Shown here: positions 62,720 to 64,000 of the stretch, one piece after another | Numbering within the stretch: position 1 is the stretch's first letter | How the letters are laid out: each line of letters begins with the position of its first letter | From: a bacterium | GTDB taxonomy: Bacteria; Zhuqueibacterota; Zhuqueibacteria; Residuimicrobiales; Krinioviventaceae | Direction: 5' to 3' | Assembly (NCBI GenBank): GCA_963693055.1 | Contig: OY843751.1 | Span: 1,440,001 to 1,504,000, forward strand | DNA length: 64,000 nt | The notes under the pieces: generated by a model | Told to the model about the DNA's origin: nothing | The model's input: the letters and a program-made list of their open reading frames with translations, nothing else | The model's database searches: none | Made by a program: the position numbers and the translations under genes

Positions 62720-64000
62720 CTATAATTCATTAATTAGTTCTTCATCGGTTGCATGGATGTCCAGATCAGGAATTTCTTTAACGTCAATTTTTTCATCATG
62801 CATTTTTTCATACAAGTAAATTAGCATTAAATCACGTACTTCTCCCCAAAATTGTCCATCAGGAAACAAATAATTAACGTATTCATCTAACCGAATTACT
62901 GGTTGCTCACCTCCTGCAAGATAATTATCTTTAATGATTTTAATCAATGCCAATCGCAACTGATAAGCTTTTCCAGCTCCTTCAATCATGTAAAGGTATT
63001 TACTCAGATTCTGTTTTTTCTGCCCAATATTGAAAATAACCTGAGCAATTTTTTTGATCAGATCAACCTGTTCTTTCTTCATTTTTAAAACCTCCCAAAC
63101 ATAGAGTGTCGCCATTAATGAATCTACATTTTTTTTGTTTAATATTTTTTTTAGATAATAGTATTTTAAATTTTTCAATATAGATTTTGACTCTAACAAC
63201 TTTTGAAAAATACTATTATAATTATTAATATAATTTTCTTCTTTTATATTTTCATTAGTCTTTGAATTATGCCAATTGTCTGCCTGAATGTCCCATGTGG
63301 CGTTTTTTAAATAATAATTCTGTTTGATAAACAAGGCCCATTCTTTTTTGCATAATTTGTATGCTTTTGACAGGAAAGAAAAAACAGGATTGGAAATTAT
63401 AAAAAAATCACATTCGGGTGTTGCTCCAAAATTAGTAAAATGATACAGTTGGATAGTATCGGAAATATCAGTATTATTGATTTTTTCAATTATGCGATTA
63501 GCATAATAAAAAATTGCGTTGCGTGGATTTTTATAATTGCTTTTAAGAACACCATTGGAACTATTTACACCAATTTTATCAATATTTTGTTGAACAGTTT
63601 CTTCTATCCAAAAATTTTTCCCTTCTTGAGTAGTAGTTTGAATCAGTGCTAACTTACCTCCAACGGATATTACTGTTATTGGAAGAAAAAAAAGTTTGAT
63701 TGAACAGTCTTTACAAATTTTAATTCCTTCTTCATGAGCATGATGATAATTTACAAAGTGACCTGATCCCGACAAACAAAACTGATCTCGTCCTGTTGTA
63801 AATAATAATCCTTTACAACCACATATCCTGCAATGACCATTTTCTCCGTTTTTCAAAGTAATTATATTATGATAGTATTCGACTGTTTCTTTTAATTTTG
63901 CTTGGTCCTTTCGTGAAGGATGAGTTATTTTTGAATTTAAAAAAACTGCATTGATTTTACTCTCCCAAGGCTTAATATATATTTCTGTTATTTCTTCAAT
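62720..64000 (-). CDS. cas8b1: Type I-B Cas8b1/Cst1 (CXXC-CXXC) large subunit, truncated by window edge
   Basis: CRICG and ICKDC zinc motifs; HFTNFG; the frame is open to base 64000. Confidence 0.85.
   Translation of the reverse strand: MEEITEIYIKPWESKINAVFLNSKITHPSRKDQAKLKETVEYYHNIITLKNGENGHCRICGCKGLLFTTGRDQFCLSGSGHFVNYHHAHEEGIKICKDCSIKLFFLPITVISVGGKLALIQTTTQEGKNFWIEETVQQNIDKIGVNSSNGVLKSNYKNPRNAIFYYANRIIEKINNTDISDTIQLYHFTNFGATPECDFFIISNPVFSFLSKAYKLCKKEWALFIKQNYYLKNATWDIQADNWHNSKTNENIKEENYINNYNSIFQKLLESKSILKNLKYYYLKKILNKKNVDSLMATLYVWEVLKMKKEQVDLIKKIAQVIFNIGQKKQNLSKYLYMIEGAGKAYQLRLALIKIIKDNYLAGGEQPVIRLDEYVNYLFPDGQFWGEVRDLMLIYLYEKMHDEKIDVKEIPDLDIHATDEELINEL

Noticed and set aside
45345-64000. 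Protease + sigma cassette as a CRISPR-associated (Craspase/CalpL-like) module
   Set aside because: The cas locus is type I-B with no Cas10, Cas7-11, CARF or SAVED domain in view, and the replicon genes separate the cassette from the array; no direct link can be supported
49378-64000. CRISPR-associated transposon (CAST)
   Set aside because: The transposase has its own IS ends and target duplication; no TnsC or TniQ is present; Cas3 is intact
62720-64000. Short Cas8 starting at 63856 and missing cas6
   Set aside because: The frame is open to the window edge; the true start and cas6 probably lie outside the window

Overview
An AT-rich bacterial window, probably from an FCB-group lineage such as KSB1 or Calditrichota. 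That is an inference from the YPNPFNP-type C-terminal sorting domains and TonB receptors. From left to right: (1) the end of a curli-like amyloid locus (two curlin-repeat genes, an OmpA/MotB protein, a TolB-like lipoprotein); (2) an internally deleted IS256 remnant, two secreted proteins, and an intact IS4-family element with a 9-bp target duplication; (3) a GH2 / unknown lipoprotein / GH3 glycan cluster; (4) a ~23.6-kb island without an integrase, bounded by tRNA-Arg(TCT) at 43408-43484 and a 42-bp copy of its 3' half at 19738-19779. It carries a metal/metallophore uptake gene run with six methyltransferase loci, headed by a His-rich peptide ending in RAPP; (5) a satellite-like integrative element on the other side of the tRNA (tyrosine integrase, xis-like HTH, DUF5659, primase-helicase, iteron origin); (6) a 29-repeat CRISPR array and a type I-B cas operon that runs off the window. 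The best candidate for an undescribed system is a four-gene cargo cassette inside the satellite-like element. It encodes a membrane TerB-trypsin protease, an ECF-like sigma factor with a C-terminal extension, and two catalytically dead ClpP/SDH-fold paralogues. The sigma gene and the pseudoprotease pair are preceded by the same bipartite motif, CCAAAAAA-N12-TGTATTTATAA. All family calls come from reading motifs by eye; no database search was run.
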